A program made the translations under genes and the position numbers. Below are positions 9,713 through 19,468 of a stretch of DNA of 64,000 bases, one piece after another; position 1 is the stretch's first letter; every line of letters begins with the position of its first letter. The notes under the pieces are model-generated. The model was not told the origin of the DNA, searched no databases, and saw only the letters and a program-made list of their open reading frames with translations. Origin of the DNA: Methanobacteriota archaeon (GTDB taxonomy: Archaea; Thermoplasmatota; Poseidoniia; Poseidoniales; Thalassarchaeaceae); the NCBI GenBank assembly GCA_014240285.1, contig JAAZXI010000004.1, positions 1,476 to 65,475 of the forward strand. The letters are read 5' to 3'.

Positions 9713-11440
9713 ATGGCACTCGACCCCACTGGCCTTGACTTGCCCCGTAAGCCCGGAGTCTACCTTTTTCGGCGGGCTAACAAGAGGGTCACCTACATCG
9801 GTAAGGCCACTGATCTGCGTTCTCGCGTCAAGTCGTACTTCGCGGCCAATCCCGATCGAAAAATGGTTCCCCGGTTGGTCGAGGACTCGGACCAAGTCGA
9901 CTTCATTGTCACCAAGAGTCCGAGCGATGCATTGATTCTTGAGAGGCAGCTGATCAGGGAGCACAAGCCTCGCTACAACTCTATGTTGAAGGACGACAAA
10001 TCGTACCCTTTCATCGCCCTGACAAATCACGAGCACCCCCGAATCATCTACACACGGCACCCCCCTGAGGGCTCGCTCAGATGGGGTCCTTTCGCCGACC
10101 CCGGTGCAGCCAAGCGGGTGATTCAGTTACTGCGCCGCCACTTCGGCATCCGGGATTGCCCTGAACTCCTGCCCCAGGGCTGCCTAGCGATGCATATCGG
10201 ACTGTGCCACGGACCCTGTATCGATGCGACTGGTTACAAAGATCAAATCGCGGCTGCGATTGGCGTCCTAGACGGTGACGCGGGTGTCCTAATCGAGTCG
10301 CTCCAGAAAGATATGGATGCCTCCTCGCTCGCATTTCAATATGAGGCAGCGGCTAGGGCACGCGATCTAATCAGCTCGGTCCAAAGGACCGTTTCGCAGC
10401 GAGTGGTGCACAGTAGATTCTACCAGGACTGCGACGCCATTGGTTTCGCCTCCAGAGGGGACAGTGGAATGGTCGTGGTCCTGAATGCGAAGGACGGTAT
10501 CGTCCAGGGGCAACTCGAGTACCCGCTCATCCACAGGGGCGACATTGCCGATTCGGTTGCCTGTGTTCTCGCTGAACACTACTCGAATACCAAGCCCCCA
10601 CGCACTGTCCTCGTCCCGGCGCCCATCGGTGAATCGATGGAGGCTTGGTTGACTGAACGGCGTGCTGGCGCCATCGAGGTAAGGGTGCCGCAGCGCGGCG
10701 AGTTGGCTCAGTTGCGAGGGATGGCTGACCAAAACGCCGAGGTGCAGGTCGAGCGACACCAGAAGAGGCGTTCAGGCAGCCTCGAGCAGGCTGCCGCCGA
10801 TGATGCGGCGAAGCTGCTCAAATTCGATTCGCTTGGCCATATCGTGTGCTTTGACATGGCTCAGTTGCAGGGTGACGAGCGTGTCGGAGCGTCCGTCGTA
10901 CTGCGCAACGGCAGACCAGCGAAGAAGGAGTACCGAACCTACCGGGTAAAGAGCGACGCGCCCGATGACCTCAGGATGATGTCTGAAGTGGTCGAACGCT
11001 GGCTGAAGCACCAGGACGGTTGGCCCGATTTGTTGCTGCTCGACGGCGGTGAGACCCACCTGTCTAGCATCCTCAGGATGCTGGACGGCCACGGACTAGC
11101 CGGGCGTTTTCCGGTGGCTGCTCTGGCCAAACGCGAGGAGACTCTGCACATGGAGGGTCGCGAGCCGCAGATCCTAAGCAAGCACGGCAGAGTTCTCGTC
11201 CATGCTCGCGATGAGGCTCATCGTTTCGTGAACCGTTACCACAGGAGGCGTCGCGGCAAGGGTGCAATAGGAGATCCCCTAGAGGAAATTGATGGAATGG
11301 GGGCAAAGAAGATTCAGGCCCTGCTCCGTCATTTCGGAGGCAGGCGCGGTATCGAGCATGCCAGTGTCAAGGAACTGCGAGAGGCCCCTGGGATAGGCAA
11401 GGCGATGGCTGAGCGAATCCATGGGCACCTGAACGGCTAG
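9713..11440 (+). CDS. uvrC: excinuclease ABC subunit C
   Basis: GIY-YIG (PGVYLF..YIGKA..LRSRVKSYF), PRYN..LKDDKSYP, Cys cluster, UVR domain, RNaseH-like DGG, RDEAHRF, C-terminal HhH. Confidence 0.96.
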   Translation: MALDPTGLDLPRKPGVYLFRRANKRVTYIGKATDLRSRVKSYFAANPDRKMVPRLVEDSDQVDFIVTKSPSDALILERQLIREHKPRYNSMLKDDKSYPFIALTNHEHPRIIYTRHPPEGSLRWGPFADPGAAKRVIQLLRRHFGIRDCPELLPQGCLAMHIGLCHGPCIDATGYKDQIAAAIGVLDGDAGVLIESLQKDMDASSLAFQYEAAARARDLISSVQRTVSQRVVHSRFYQDCDAIGFASRGDSGMVVVLNAKDGIVQGQLEYPLIHRGDIADSVACVLAEHYSNTKPPRTVLVPAPIGESMEAWLTERRAGAIEVRVPQRGELAQLRGMADQNAEVQVERHQKRRSGSLEQAAADDAAKLLKFDSLGHIVCFDMAQLQGDERVGASVVLRNGRPAKKEYRTYRVKSDAPDDLRMMSEVVERWLKHQDGWPDLLLLDGGETHLSSILRMLDGHGLAGRFPVAALAKREETLHMEGREPQILSKHGRVLVHARDEAHRFVNRYHRRRRGKGAIGDPLEEIDGMGAKKIQALLRHFGGRRGIEHASVKELREAPGIGKAMAERIHGHLNG

Positions 11441-14433
11441 TCCTCCCACCAGCCGTCCTCGCTCTCCTTAGACTTCCCTTCTGCCTCATCCTCCTCGAAG
11501 TAGGCCTCATCGACGACCACAATCTTGTCGTCCAACTTGCCGAACTCCGACTCCATGGCCAGTTCGGCGAGTTTCTGCTCTTCGACCGAGGACTCCTGCT
11601 GCTTCTTCTCTTTACGCTCCATCTTGAGTCTCCTGCGTCTGCTAATCAGAAGTCCTAGACCGATCAGCAGCACGAATAGGTACGGAGCGAGTTCACCTAG
11701 CACAAACATCCAGCTGACTTCGATAGAGTAAGACACAATGTCCGAGTTCATGCTGCACTGCGTCCAAGTCGTCGCTTCAGGGCACACAGGGGTCCTGTAC
11801 ACCACCACCTGTCTGCCGTCAACCTCGGTCAGCTCGCCGAGGCCCATCCGACTCTCAAAACTGAGCAGCCTGACCGAGCTCGGCAGGTGTATCTCCATCC
11901 TCAGCGAGGAGCGGATGGTCCCGAACACGGTGTGCTCCATCAGCGGCGTAACTTCGAGAAAGAACTCCGCCCCCTCCACCTGGATTCCCGAATTGGTCAG
12001 AATCGGCGAGCCGAAGGCCGCGGCCATCTGGTTGGCTATGGCAAAGCCGATGGATGCAGGTTGGACCTTGATGTCTATGTCGTTGCCCCTGAGTGCGGCT
12101 GTGACGACTGTGCGCTCGATTCTGAAGCCGAAGCGGAGTGGGATGCTGTCGCTGACCTCGGAGTTGCTCGGCATCGTAGTTTCACCAAACCCCAGTGAGG
12201 GAGATGTAGACAGGTGTATCAGCGAGGCCGAGATAGAGTACGGGCCCATCCCGAAGTCCTGCACGGTCTCAAACGGACCTTCCGCTTCTATGACCTCGCC
12301 CGATCTCATTTCCAGTTCCTCGCCCAGCATTTCCATCCCGAGATTGGATATCTCGACATCTATCGGTTCTCCCACCCCTAAATCCAACGGGGCTTCAAGA
12401 TCAGAACCGGCGAGCAGTCCGCCGTCTAGGCGGTCTCCCATCACTATGGCACGTCTTAGAAGATCGGCAGGGATTGGGTGTAGGGTGATATCGTCCTCGC
12501 CTAAGTCGATGCCCAGTCGGTAGATCTCCAGCACCACCTCGGCATTGAACTGTACCTCAGCGGTGAACGAGGTTTCTCGAATCGCGAATTTTTCGATGTC
12601 AACCTCGATGTCGAGAGATACGCAGGTCTTCTGGTTCGAGCCGCAAATCAGGTCTGGGCTGTCGTCCCCACAGGGGTCTGATTCCAAGCAAATAGGATGT
12701 CTCCAGTCAAAGATTCTGGTTCCAGCGAAGCCGAAATCCTGCTCCCCTCCCCCTGTTACTGGGGCTGTGATGACGATAGTCGATGGGTCGCCAATAGTCG
12801 ACTCTATCCACTCCGGCAAGTGCAAAGTCAGGGTCAACTCGGTGCTCGGCATGTCGTCGGGGAGCAGGTCCTGCAGCCATCTGGTATCAGTGGAGAGTTC
12901 GAGTTCGGCCACATTCATAATCGAGGCGAGGTCCTCATCGGTGACCTTTGATAGGTCAATGGTGGTGATGTCTCCGCCACTGTTCTCAAGCATCCTCTCG
13001 ACTACAGAAGAGACTCTCATCGGGGTCGACTGCGAGGTTGTCTCGAGGATGACGGGCCAAGTCCCACCCATGGCGTCATCGCCCTCAATGCAGTAACTGA
13101 CTTCGAGCGCCTCATCACAGGTCACTCCCGGAGTGTGACGGAAGTCCAGTCCGCCTTCGGAGTCGGCTTGCGCGAACTGCGGAGCGCCGAACCAAATGTC
13201 GGCACCCAGAGCGTCGGAGAATGTCGAAGACAGTTTCTCCACGGGTATTCCCTGAAGAATCGCGGACAGGGCCTCGTCGATTTCTTGGTCGAGCAGTCTG
13301 ATGCCGTCAGAGGTCACCCAAGGGAACTCGATGGTGCCATCATGCAGATTGGCGTCCCAGTCATCTAGGGTGGTGGAATCTAGGTAGTGAATCGATATCT
13401 CAAGGTCAAATCGCGAGTTTTGTGTGTCGGTGGCATCAACTATTAGGTCGATCTTCAGCGAGGGTTCTCTCGGATTGATGCTCGCGGTCTGGGTAGCAAT
13501 CGACCTGTGAACAAGCTCGGAAACAAGTCTGACCGAGTCGAGGGCTGCCTCGGTCACCGCTTGGGTGTTATCGACAGCAATGATGGAATATGTCTGAGGA
13601 TGGCCGTCGCGGAATGTCGTCTTGGTCAAACCGGGGGCCTCTACACTGCTCACGTCGGCGTAACTGGGCGGTACCACCGAGAGTTCGACCGAATGACCGA
13701 TTGGCGAGGTGGCGTTGAACTCAGAGGTCAATACCGCTCCCATTGTCAACATACCCTGCATCATTCGGTTGATGTCGGAGGTCTCTTGCTTCAGGCCGAA
13801 GGCGCTAGTATCAACCTCCATCTGTAACACGGCCTCGAAACACAGAGGCGGTTGGAACGGATCGTTGTCGAAGCCGCTGACCTCGTCTATCGAGTCATAA
13901 TCGGAGTCATAGACGCAGCTCACGTCCGACTGCAACTTGAAATCGACCTCTGAGACAGTGGTGATGGTTGTGGTGTTGACATTGGGGAAGTTGATGTCGA
14001 TGAACTCCTCCATTATCTCCTCAATCCTTTCCAGCATCAAATCTGACACGGTGTCGCCGCCACCCCTGTAGAGACTCTGGTAGTTGCGAATGTAATCTGC
14101 AGGAATCCCGTCCCATGGAGCGCTATCGCCTTCGAGGTCGAGGTCGCTGAGCTGCAAATCGTCCCTCGACATCTCGTGAACTGCGAGTCCGACCTTCATC
14201 TCGACCATCTCTGCGTCCTCGATTCCTATCTCGACGGAACTCCGCATCCACTCCTGGCCGGGAGTCTGATCCAGTGCCGAATCATAGTCGTCACATACCC
14301 CACTGGCGCTATTCCATGTCGAGCAGATGTCGTTCCCGACATCAGGTTGCCCGGGAGGAGGGTCGGCTGCCGCAATAGGTGTCATCAGGAGCATGACGAG
14401 GAGTACGGCAGTACGCTGCACAGACGCAGGCAT
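11437..14433 (-). CDS. large acidic membrane-anchored secreted protein of unknown function
   Basis: Signal peptide after MPASVQ, about 900 aa acidic ectodomain, C-terminal TM followed by RRRR and an acidic tail. The start is approximate because the longer ORF overlaps the divergent gene. Confidence 0.75.
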   Translation of the reverse strand: MPASVQRTAVLLVMLLMTPIAAADPPPGQPDVGNDICSTWNSASGVCDDYDSALDQTPGQEWMRSSVEIGIEDAEMVEMKVGLAVHEMSRDDLQLSDLDLEGDSAPWDGIPADYIRNYQSLYRGGGDTVSDLMLERIEEIMEEFIDINFPNVNTTTITTVSEVDFKLQSDVSCVYDSDYDSIDEVSGFDNDPFQPPLCFEAVLQMEVDTSAFGLKQETSDINRMMQGMLTMGAVLTSEFNATSPIGHSVELSVVPPSYADVSSVEAPGLTKTTFRDGHPQTYSIIAVDNTQAVTEAALDSVRLVSELVHRSIATQTASINPREPSLKIDLIVDATDTQNSRFDLEISIHYLDSTTLDDWDANLHDGTIEFPWVTSDGIRLLDQEIDEALSAILQGIPVEKLSSTFSDALGADIWFGAPQFAQADSEGGLDFRHTPGVTCDEALEVSYCIEGDDAMGGTWPVILETTSQSTPMRVSSVVERMLENSGGDITTIDLSKVTDEDLASIMNVAELELSTDTRWLQDLLPDDMPSTELTLTLHLPEWIESTIGDPSTIVITAPVTGGGEQDFGFAGTRIFDWRHPICLESDPCGDDSPDLICGSNQKTCVSLDIEVDIEKFAIRETSFTAEVQFNAEVVLEIYRLGIDLGEDDITLHPIPADLLRRAIVMGDRLDGGLLAGSDLEAPLDLGVGEPIDVEISNLGMEMLGEELEMRSGEVIEAEGPFETVQDFGMGPYSISASLIHLSTSPSLGFGETTMPSNSEVSDSIPLRFGFRIERTVVTAALRGNDIDIKVQPASIGFAIANQMAAAFGSPILTNSGIQVEGAEFFLEVTPLMEHTVFGTIRSSLRMEIHLPSSVRLLSFESRMGLGELTEVDGRQVVVYRTPVCPEATTWTQCSMNSDIVSYSIEVSWMFVLGELAPYLFVLLIGLGLLISRRRRLKMERKEKKQQESSVEEQKLAELAMESEFGKLDDKIVVVDEAYFEEDEAEGKSKESEDGWWED

Positions 14434-14483
14434 GAACATCAGAGCCATAAGTCTGAATCCAAAATGCTTCGACCAGAGGTCAG

Positions 14484-15374
14484 ATGCACAGGGAAGACCC
14501 GCACCGCCGTCTCGCCGAGTCTGTCGGCGAAGTGTTGCGCGGGGCTGGATTGAGAAATGAGGAGTGCATAGCACTCCTGGACCGGTTGCCGAGCAAGTGG
14601 GAGAGGTTTTCCGATGTCGTTCTGCTGCCGGACTCGGCGTTCCGCGGAGAGTGGGGTACATACACCTCAGAGGATCTTTGGAGAGCGGTTGCTGAGGCGT
14701 TGAAGTCCGAAAGGGTGGCAAGGCTCGGCGAGATCTCGGGGGAGATGCGCGCGAGCTCTGTGGAGATGCTGCTCGGTGAGGACGACTGGGTCGTGCGTCG
14801 GGAGAGCGGGGTGGATTATGGCTACAACCTCACCCAGTGCATGTTTTCGGCGGGCAACGTCAACGAGCGACGCAGGATGGGTGAAGTCGTCGACGCCGGA
14901 GAGGTCGTGGTCGACCTGTACGCCGGCATCGGCTACTATTCACTGCCCATGCTCGTCCACTCGCAGGTTGGACACGTCCACTGCTGCGAGTGGAACCCGA
15001 ATGCAGTGCGAGCACTCGAGTCGAACCTTGAGGTCAATGGAGTGGCCGGGAGCTGCACCGTCCACTTTGGTGACAATCAGGTCACTGCGGCCAATCTAGA
15101 AGGAGTTGCTGACCGCGTCGTCCTCGGACTGTTGCCGTCAGCCGAGGACGGTTACGCCCTCGCTATGGCCGCCCTAAGACCCGTCGGCGGAGTGCTACAT
15201 GTGCACGGCGTGGCGGCTGGCAGGAATCACGCCGCCTGGGCTGCTGATGTCACTGGGTCGTTACTTGAGATGGAGGGAAAATTCTCGATAGACGCAGCTG
15301 AGCCGCTGAGAGTGAAGAGTTACGCACCGCACTGGGACCACGTGGTGCTCGACGTCACGGTCTCCGGTGGCTAG
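14484..15374 (+). CDS. taw2: tRNA wybutosine-synthesis aminocarboxypropyltransferase (TYW2/Taw2, Trm5/Met-10 family)
   Basis: MFSAGNVNER, VVDLYAGIGYY (SAM motif I), CEWNP, ADRVVLGLLP, VKSYAP. Confidence 0.82.
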   Translation: MHREDPHRRLAESVGEVLRGAGLRNEECIALLDRLPSKWERFSDVVLLPDSAFRGEWGTYTSEDLWRAVAEALKSERVARLGEISGEMRASSVEMLLGEDDWVVRRESGVDYGYNLTQCMFSAGNVNERRRMGEVVDAGEVVVDLYAGIGYYSLPMLVHSQVGHVHCCEWNPNAVRALESNLEVNGVAGSCTVHFGDNQVTAANLEGVADRVVLGLLPSAEDGYALAMAALRPVGGVLHVHGVAAGRNHAAWAADVTGSLLEMEGKFSIDAAEPLRVKSYAPHWDHVVLDVTVSGG

Positions 15375-15411
15375 CCGTCGAACTCAAGTCGAGCGGCCCT
15401 AGTCCGCAGGC

Positions 15412-16089
15412 ATGGCCTCTGATTGGCTACTCGAAGCCGCCGCTCAATACAACGAGCAATCGGTGAAGGGCAGGGACGGTTATCCGGCATATATCCTGAT
15501 GCCAGTAGACACGCTGGCGCAGATACTCGACTGGACTTTTCAGTCGCTGCCTGACGAGATACTCGTGGGGATGGATGTGAATCCAGACCTTCCCCACTCA
15601 AAGGAGGTCGAGAAGACCTATTGCGGGGTTGATTTCGAAAGTGGTCTGTTCTCGGGACAAGGTTTCGTCCTAGGTGAGCCGCATTTAGTCAACCGTGGAA
15701 ACTCGTATTCGGTCCACCATGTCCCCGAGGAATGGATAGATGGCCTGTTCGACAAGGAGAGGGGGGTTAGAGGGGGACGTTTCTCGCACTGGTTGCACAC
15801 CCACCCCAACGCCCCAGCGATACCGAGTGGGGCCGACGCCGAATCCGCCCAGTGGACCGAGGGCTGCGACATGATCCTCGGCGTTCGCTACTCGCCCGAA
15901 GGCATGCTGCCGTGGCTCGAGGGCATAGAGGGCGAGCGTCGCGAGCTGACTCCCGACGACGATGGTCGTCCTGTCATCGGCAGGGCTGTGACGGGGCATC
16001 TTATCCACGGATTGGAGCTGATTGCATTCCACAGGAGAGGTTTTGCCGTAAATGTGGTCATAACCGACGCTACAGGTCATCCAATATAG
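15412..16089 (+). CDS. JAB/MPN+ (JAMM) metalloprotease domain protein
   Basis: Upstream Glu (PDEI) and HTHPNAPAIPSGAD matching HxH-x7-S-x2-D. Confidence 0.75.
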   Translation: MASDWLLEAAAQYNEQSVKGRDGYPAYILMPVDTLAQILDWTFQSLPDEILVGMDVNPDLPHSKEVEKTYCGVDFESGLFSGQGFVLGEPHLVNRGNSYSVHHVPEEWIDGLFDKERGVRGGRFSHWLHTHPNAPAIPSGADAESAQWTEGCDMILGVRYSPEGMLPWLEGIEGERRELTPDDDGRPVIGRAVTGHLIHGLELIAFHRRGFAVNVVITDATGHPI

Positions 16090-16217
16090 CGGTAATAATC
16101 TAGTATTAATCAATATATATGCACGCAGTACGCTGTTTATATTTTCTTAATAATTATTAAAAAATGATGTTGTAATTATCCTATAACATCAATGAATTGT
16201 CCCTAAAAAGGGTCGTT

Positions 16218-16754
16218 TTAGTCACGGAATATGTGCTCACGGTAGTGTTCAAGCTCCGCAATGCTTCCTCGGATGTCGTCAAGCGCCCGGTGCCCTGCAG
16301 GTTTGGTCGCCCTGGGTAGATCCGGGTACCATCTGTCGACGAGTTGCTTGATAGAAGTGACATCGACGCTACGGTAGTGGAAGAAGTCGTGCAGTTCTGG
16401 CATGTAGCGTCGTAGGAAGCGCCTGTCCTGGCCGATGGTATTGCCGCAAAGCGGCGACATGCCCTCGATGCAGTGCTCGCGCAGGAACTCAATCGTCATC
16501 GCCTCAGCCTCGGCCATAGGAATTCCATGATTTCTGACTCTGTCCAAAAGTCCATTCTCGGTATGGTGTGTGAGATTCCAATCGTCCATCTTAGCCAGTT
16601 CCGACTCGGGCTGCGAAATCGCGAAAGCCGGTCCCTCGGCGACCACTGTCAGGTCGCCCTCAGTCACTATGGTGGCAATCTCGATGATGGTGTTCTCTTC
16701 CGGTTCGAGACCAGTCATCTCGAGGTCCATCCAGACTAGTCTCTCCTCGACCAT
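16218..16754 (-). CDS. orn: oligoribonuclease (DEDDh)
   Basis: LVWMDLEMTGL, IIEIATIVT, PLCGNTIGQDRRFL, FHYRSVDVTSIK, HRALDDIRGSIAEL. Confidence 0.95.
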   Translation of the reverse strand: MVEERLVWMDLEMTGLEPEENTIIEIATIVTEGDLTVVAEGPAFAISQPESELAKMDDWNLTHHTENGLLDRVRNHGIPMAEAEAMTIEFLREHCIEGMSPLCGNTIGQDRRFLRRYMPELHDFFHYRSVDVTSIKQLVDRWYPDLPRATKPAGHRALDDIRGSIAELEHYREHIFRD

Positions 16755-16827
16755 GAGACTGGCGTTGGCGGGACGGACTTAGGGCTTCTCCTGCAAGGGC
16801 GAGTATCATAGTGTCCAGACCACGCGC

Positions 16828-18096
16828 ATGGACATGGGTAGCATAGGTTACATCGAGTTGCTGAGAAGGAACTCTCCGTTCCGCCGCCTGTTCGTTGCAA
16901 ACGAAATCTCGTTCATTGGCGACTGGTTCACCGTAATTGCCCTCTTCATTCTAGCCGGGGAAGCCACCGACAACTCCCCCCTAGCTATTGCCGGTGTGAT
17001 GGCCTCGAGGAGTTTTGCGCTGGCCCTGGCAACTCCATTCGCAGGGATGCTGGCGGATCGGTATTCACGCAAGGGGCTCATGCTAGGTGCTAACATCGCT
17101 TCTCTGATTATTCTCGTTTTCGTACTTGCTTTAGATTTGCTTGGGAGTCTGACATCGGTGTATGTACTGGCGGTGGTGATGGTGGCTGCTAGAGCGGTTT
17201 TTGACCCTGCTGAGTACGCCTATCTTCCCAACATCTGTGACGATCAAGAACTGTTGACTGCCAATGCCTTGGCCTCTGGAGGATGGTCGGTGGCACTGGG
17301 GCTGGGTTCTGCGATAGGTGGGCTGACCATCTCCATCTACGGCATCCAGACGGCGCTATGGATAGACACCGTGACCTTCGTTGCGGCGGCTCTGGTAATC
17401 ATGACACTGCCACCCGGTGGCCCAGATACCACAGATAGGAAGAGTGTCACCCCTCGAGTAGTCGTCGAAGAGATCGCTGCTGGATGGAGGTATATCCTAT
17501 CCAGCCCACCGCTGCGCCGAGTGGTGTTCGCCAAGGGCCTGTGGGCCTCTGGAGGTGGGGCTCAGGTATTCCTGTTGATTTTGATAGGGATGGAAGCTGG
17601 TTTCGGCGAGGTCGCGGCGGGCATCGGCATCCTGTTCATGGCTAGAGGATTCGGTAGCGGCTTCGGCCCCATCGCAGGAAGGCCATTGATGGAGAACCCA
17701 CGTCTGAGGCCGTATCTTCTGGGACTCGCTGTGGGGGTCTGCGGGCTATTCTACATCGCCGTCTCGGCCATCGAGTGGACTGAGATGGTTCTGATACTGG
17801 TGTTCTTCTCGCATGCTGCGAGCGGCCTTAACTGGGTACTTTCGACCACTTTCTTACAGGAGAGGTCTGCCGACGAATGGCGCGGTAGGGTGGCTGGAAC
17901 CGACCACTTTGGAATCACCTTGATGATGGGAATTTCGGCAGTAGTCGGGGGACTCATAATGGAGAATGGACTTCTTGAGCTCAGGGAGTTGATTGCCCTG
18001 ACTGGGATGGTTCAGATTGTCCTCGGACTGGCCTGGATAGTGCTAGCCTCGCCGCAAGAAAAGACTCTGCTAGACCAGTCTCTGAAGTCCGACTAG
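16828..18096 (+). CDS. MFS transporter (DHA3/H+ antiporter-like)
   Basis: About 12 hydrophobic segments; motif A GMLADRYSRK. Confidence 0.9.
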   Translation: MDMGSIGYIELLRRNSPFRRLFVANEISFIGDWFTVIALFILAGEATDNSPLAIAGVMASRSFALALATPFAGMLADRYSRKGLMLGANIASLIILVFVLALDLLGSLTSVYVLAVVMVAARAVFDPAEYAYLPNICDDQELLTANALASGGWSVALGLGSAIGGLTISIYGIQTALWIDTVTFVAAALVIMTLPPGGPDTTDRKSVTPRVVVEEIAAGWRYILSSPPLRRVVFAKGLWASGGGAQVFLLILIGMEAGFGEVAAGIGILFMARGFGSGFGPIAGRPLMENPRLRPYLLGLAVGVCGLFYIAVSAIEWTEMVLILVFFSHAASGLNWVLSTTFLQERSADEWRGRVAGTDHFGITLMMGISAVVGGLIMENGLLELRELIALTGMVQIVLGLAWIVLASPQEKTLLDQSLKSD

Positions 18097-18879
18097 AACG
18101 GCAAGCGGAGCTATTGAGAAGAGTGTGTCTCTGATCAACGAGCGGGTCGAAGCCCTAGCACGTGCGGTGATTCTCGACTGGATGTCCTCGTCCAGTTTTC
18201 CCATCATGTTTCCAGCGGGGCCCCTGACTTGTTCCAACGCACTCTCAACTGCATCAGCTCCCCTGTCCAACAGTCTCAAAACGAGATTTTCGATTGGCCC
18301 TTGTTTAGGCGCCGGGACATGTTCGCCATCTACAGTGTGCTCAACGTCAATCACCGTCTTCCAAGGCCGCGGTATCTCGATCTCGCCGACTCCCTTGAGA
18401 ATCTCTCGGCCCACCACGGCGGCCTGCACTGCCATCTTGGCTGTGGTGAGGTTGTACTTGGCGAGCATCTGGATGTCACGGCGCGAGCGGGTGACCTTGC
18501 CGAAGTCAGTAATCAACCAAGCCGCGCCGGCTATCAGGAGCAGGGCTACGCCGATTTGAGGAGTCTGCTCCCAACTAGGCCAGCCGATGGGGCCGAACCA
18601 GATGCGGGCGGTGATAGCGATTATCGCGGGGAGCAGGAATGCCAAGGCCTCGTTGGCGACTATCAACCAGAAGCCCTCAATCGGGAGCTTCTTCAGTCTC
18701 ACTGAGAACCACCTGAGGTGCTTCGTCCTCTCGCCGGGCGGTGCGTACGTGTTCACCAGATCTATCAGAGGTGGCATCACGAAAACCATCCTCAAAATGA
18801 AGGGGATTGCCAACATCAGTAGGTAAGCGTCCCATGGAGATGCGGGAGGCAGACTGGGGAAGGCGATGGCCTCTGACAT
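18070..18879 (-). CDS. hypothetical membrane protein
   Basis: Four TM segments; fills the gap between genes. Start taken at MSEAIAF. Confidence 0.7.
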   Translation of the reverse strand: MSEAIAFPSLPPASPWDAYLLMLAIPFILRMVFVMPPLIDLVNTYAPPGERTKHLRWFSVRLKKLPIEGFWLIVANEALAFLLPAIIAITARIWFGPIGWPSWEQTPQIGVALLLIAGAAWLITDFGKVTRSRRDIQMLAKYNLTTAKMAVQAAVVGREILKGVGEIEIPRPWKTVIDVEHTVDGEHVPAPKQGPIENLVLRLLDRGADAVESALEQVRGPAGNMMGKLDEDIQSRITARARASTRSLIRDTLFSIAPLAVLVGLQRLV

Positions 18880-18922
18880 TGGTGCTGAGTGGAGTCTGAC
18901 CCCCATCAACCTCACTACGGCC

Positions 18923-19357
18923 TCACATTGCGGACTCGCGCAGGGTGACAGCCTGATTCGTCGCTGATCTGACTAGAACAATGGCGATTACTGCCCCTGT
19001 TGCGAAGGCGGTGCCGATGTACTGGTGCGTATTGAAGAACAGCCACGCTAATCCCAGTAGGGACAGATAGGACACCACCTGGCAGATGATAGACAGTTTT
19101 AGCAGTATGACGAACTCTACGTCATCGGCGTTCTCGAACTCCTGGATGTAGGAGTTGATGAGGAAGAAGACAGCTTGGAAGGGGAGTGCGGCAGCCAGTA
19201 TGGCGAGACCGATTACGGTTCCCATGTCAGGATCCGCCGGATCCAGCTCCAGACCTCGGAACAGCATGTTACCCATATTGACACCGATGATTGCAGCGTG
19301 GATTGTCCACGCCTTGTCCGAAGGAGCGTTGTCCGCTTGGACATTCTTAGCAACCAT
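18923..19357 (-). CDS. hypothetical four-TM membrane protein
   Basis: ATG start, four hydrophobic segments. Confidence 0.72.
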   Translation of the reverse strand: MVAKNVQADNAPSDKAWTIHAAIIGVNMGNMLFRGLELDPADPDMGTVIGLAILAAALPFQAVFFLINSYIQEFENADDVEFVILLKLSIICQVVSYLSLLGLAWLFFNTHQYIGTAFATGAVIAIVLVRSATNQAVTLRESAM

Positions 19358-19468
19358 GCCCGCGCTCGGTCTCGTAGCACTGTTGAATATTACTCTCGCA
19401 GAGCAATGCTCAGATGGTGTTCCGGGGTATGCGCTTACTTACCCAGCGCTTCCAGTAGATGGAATCAT

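Noticed and set aside
10150..10220. Cys/His cluster in UvrC (GLCHGPC) as a heme motif
   Set aside because: This is the known Cys-rich region of a cytoplasmic UvrC, not a CxxCH motif.
11738..13096. Long plus-strand ORFs (261 and 183 aa), and similar Ser/Pro-rich antisense ORFs throughout
   Set aside because: Shadow frames opposite real genes in GC-rich DNA, with no motifs.
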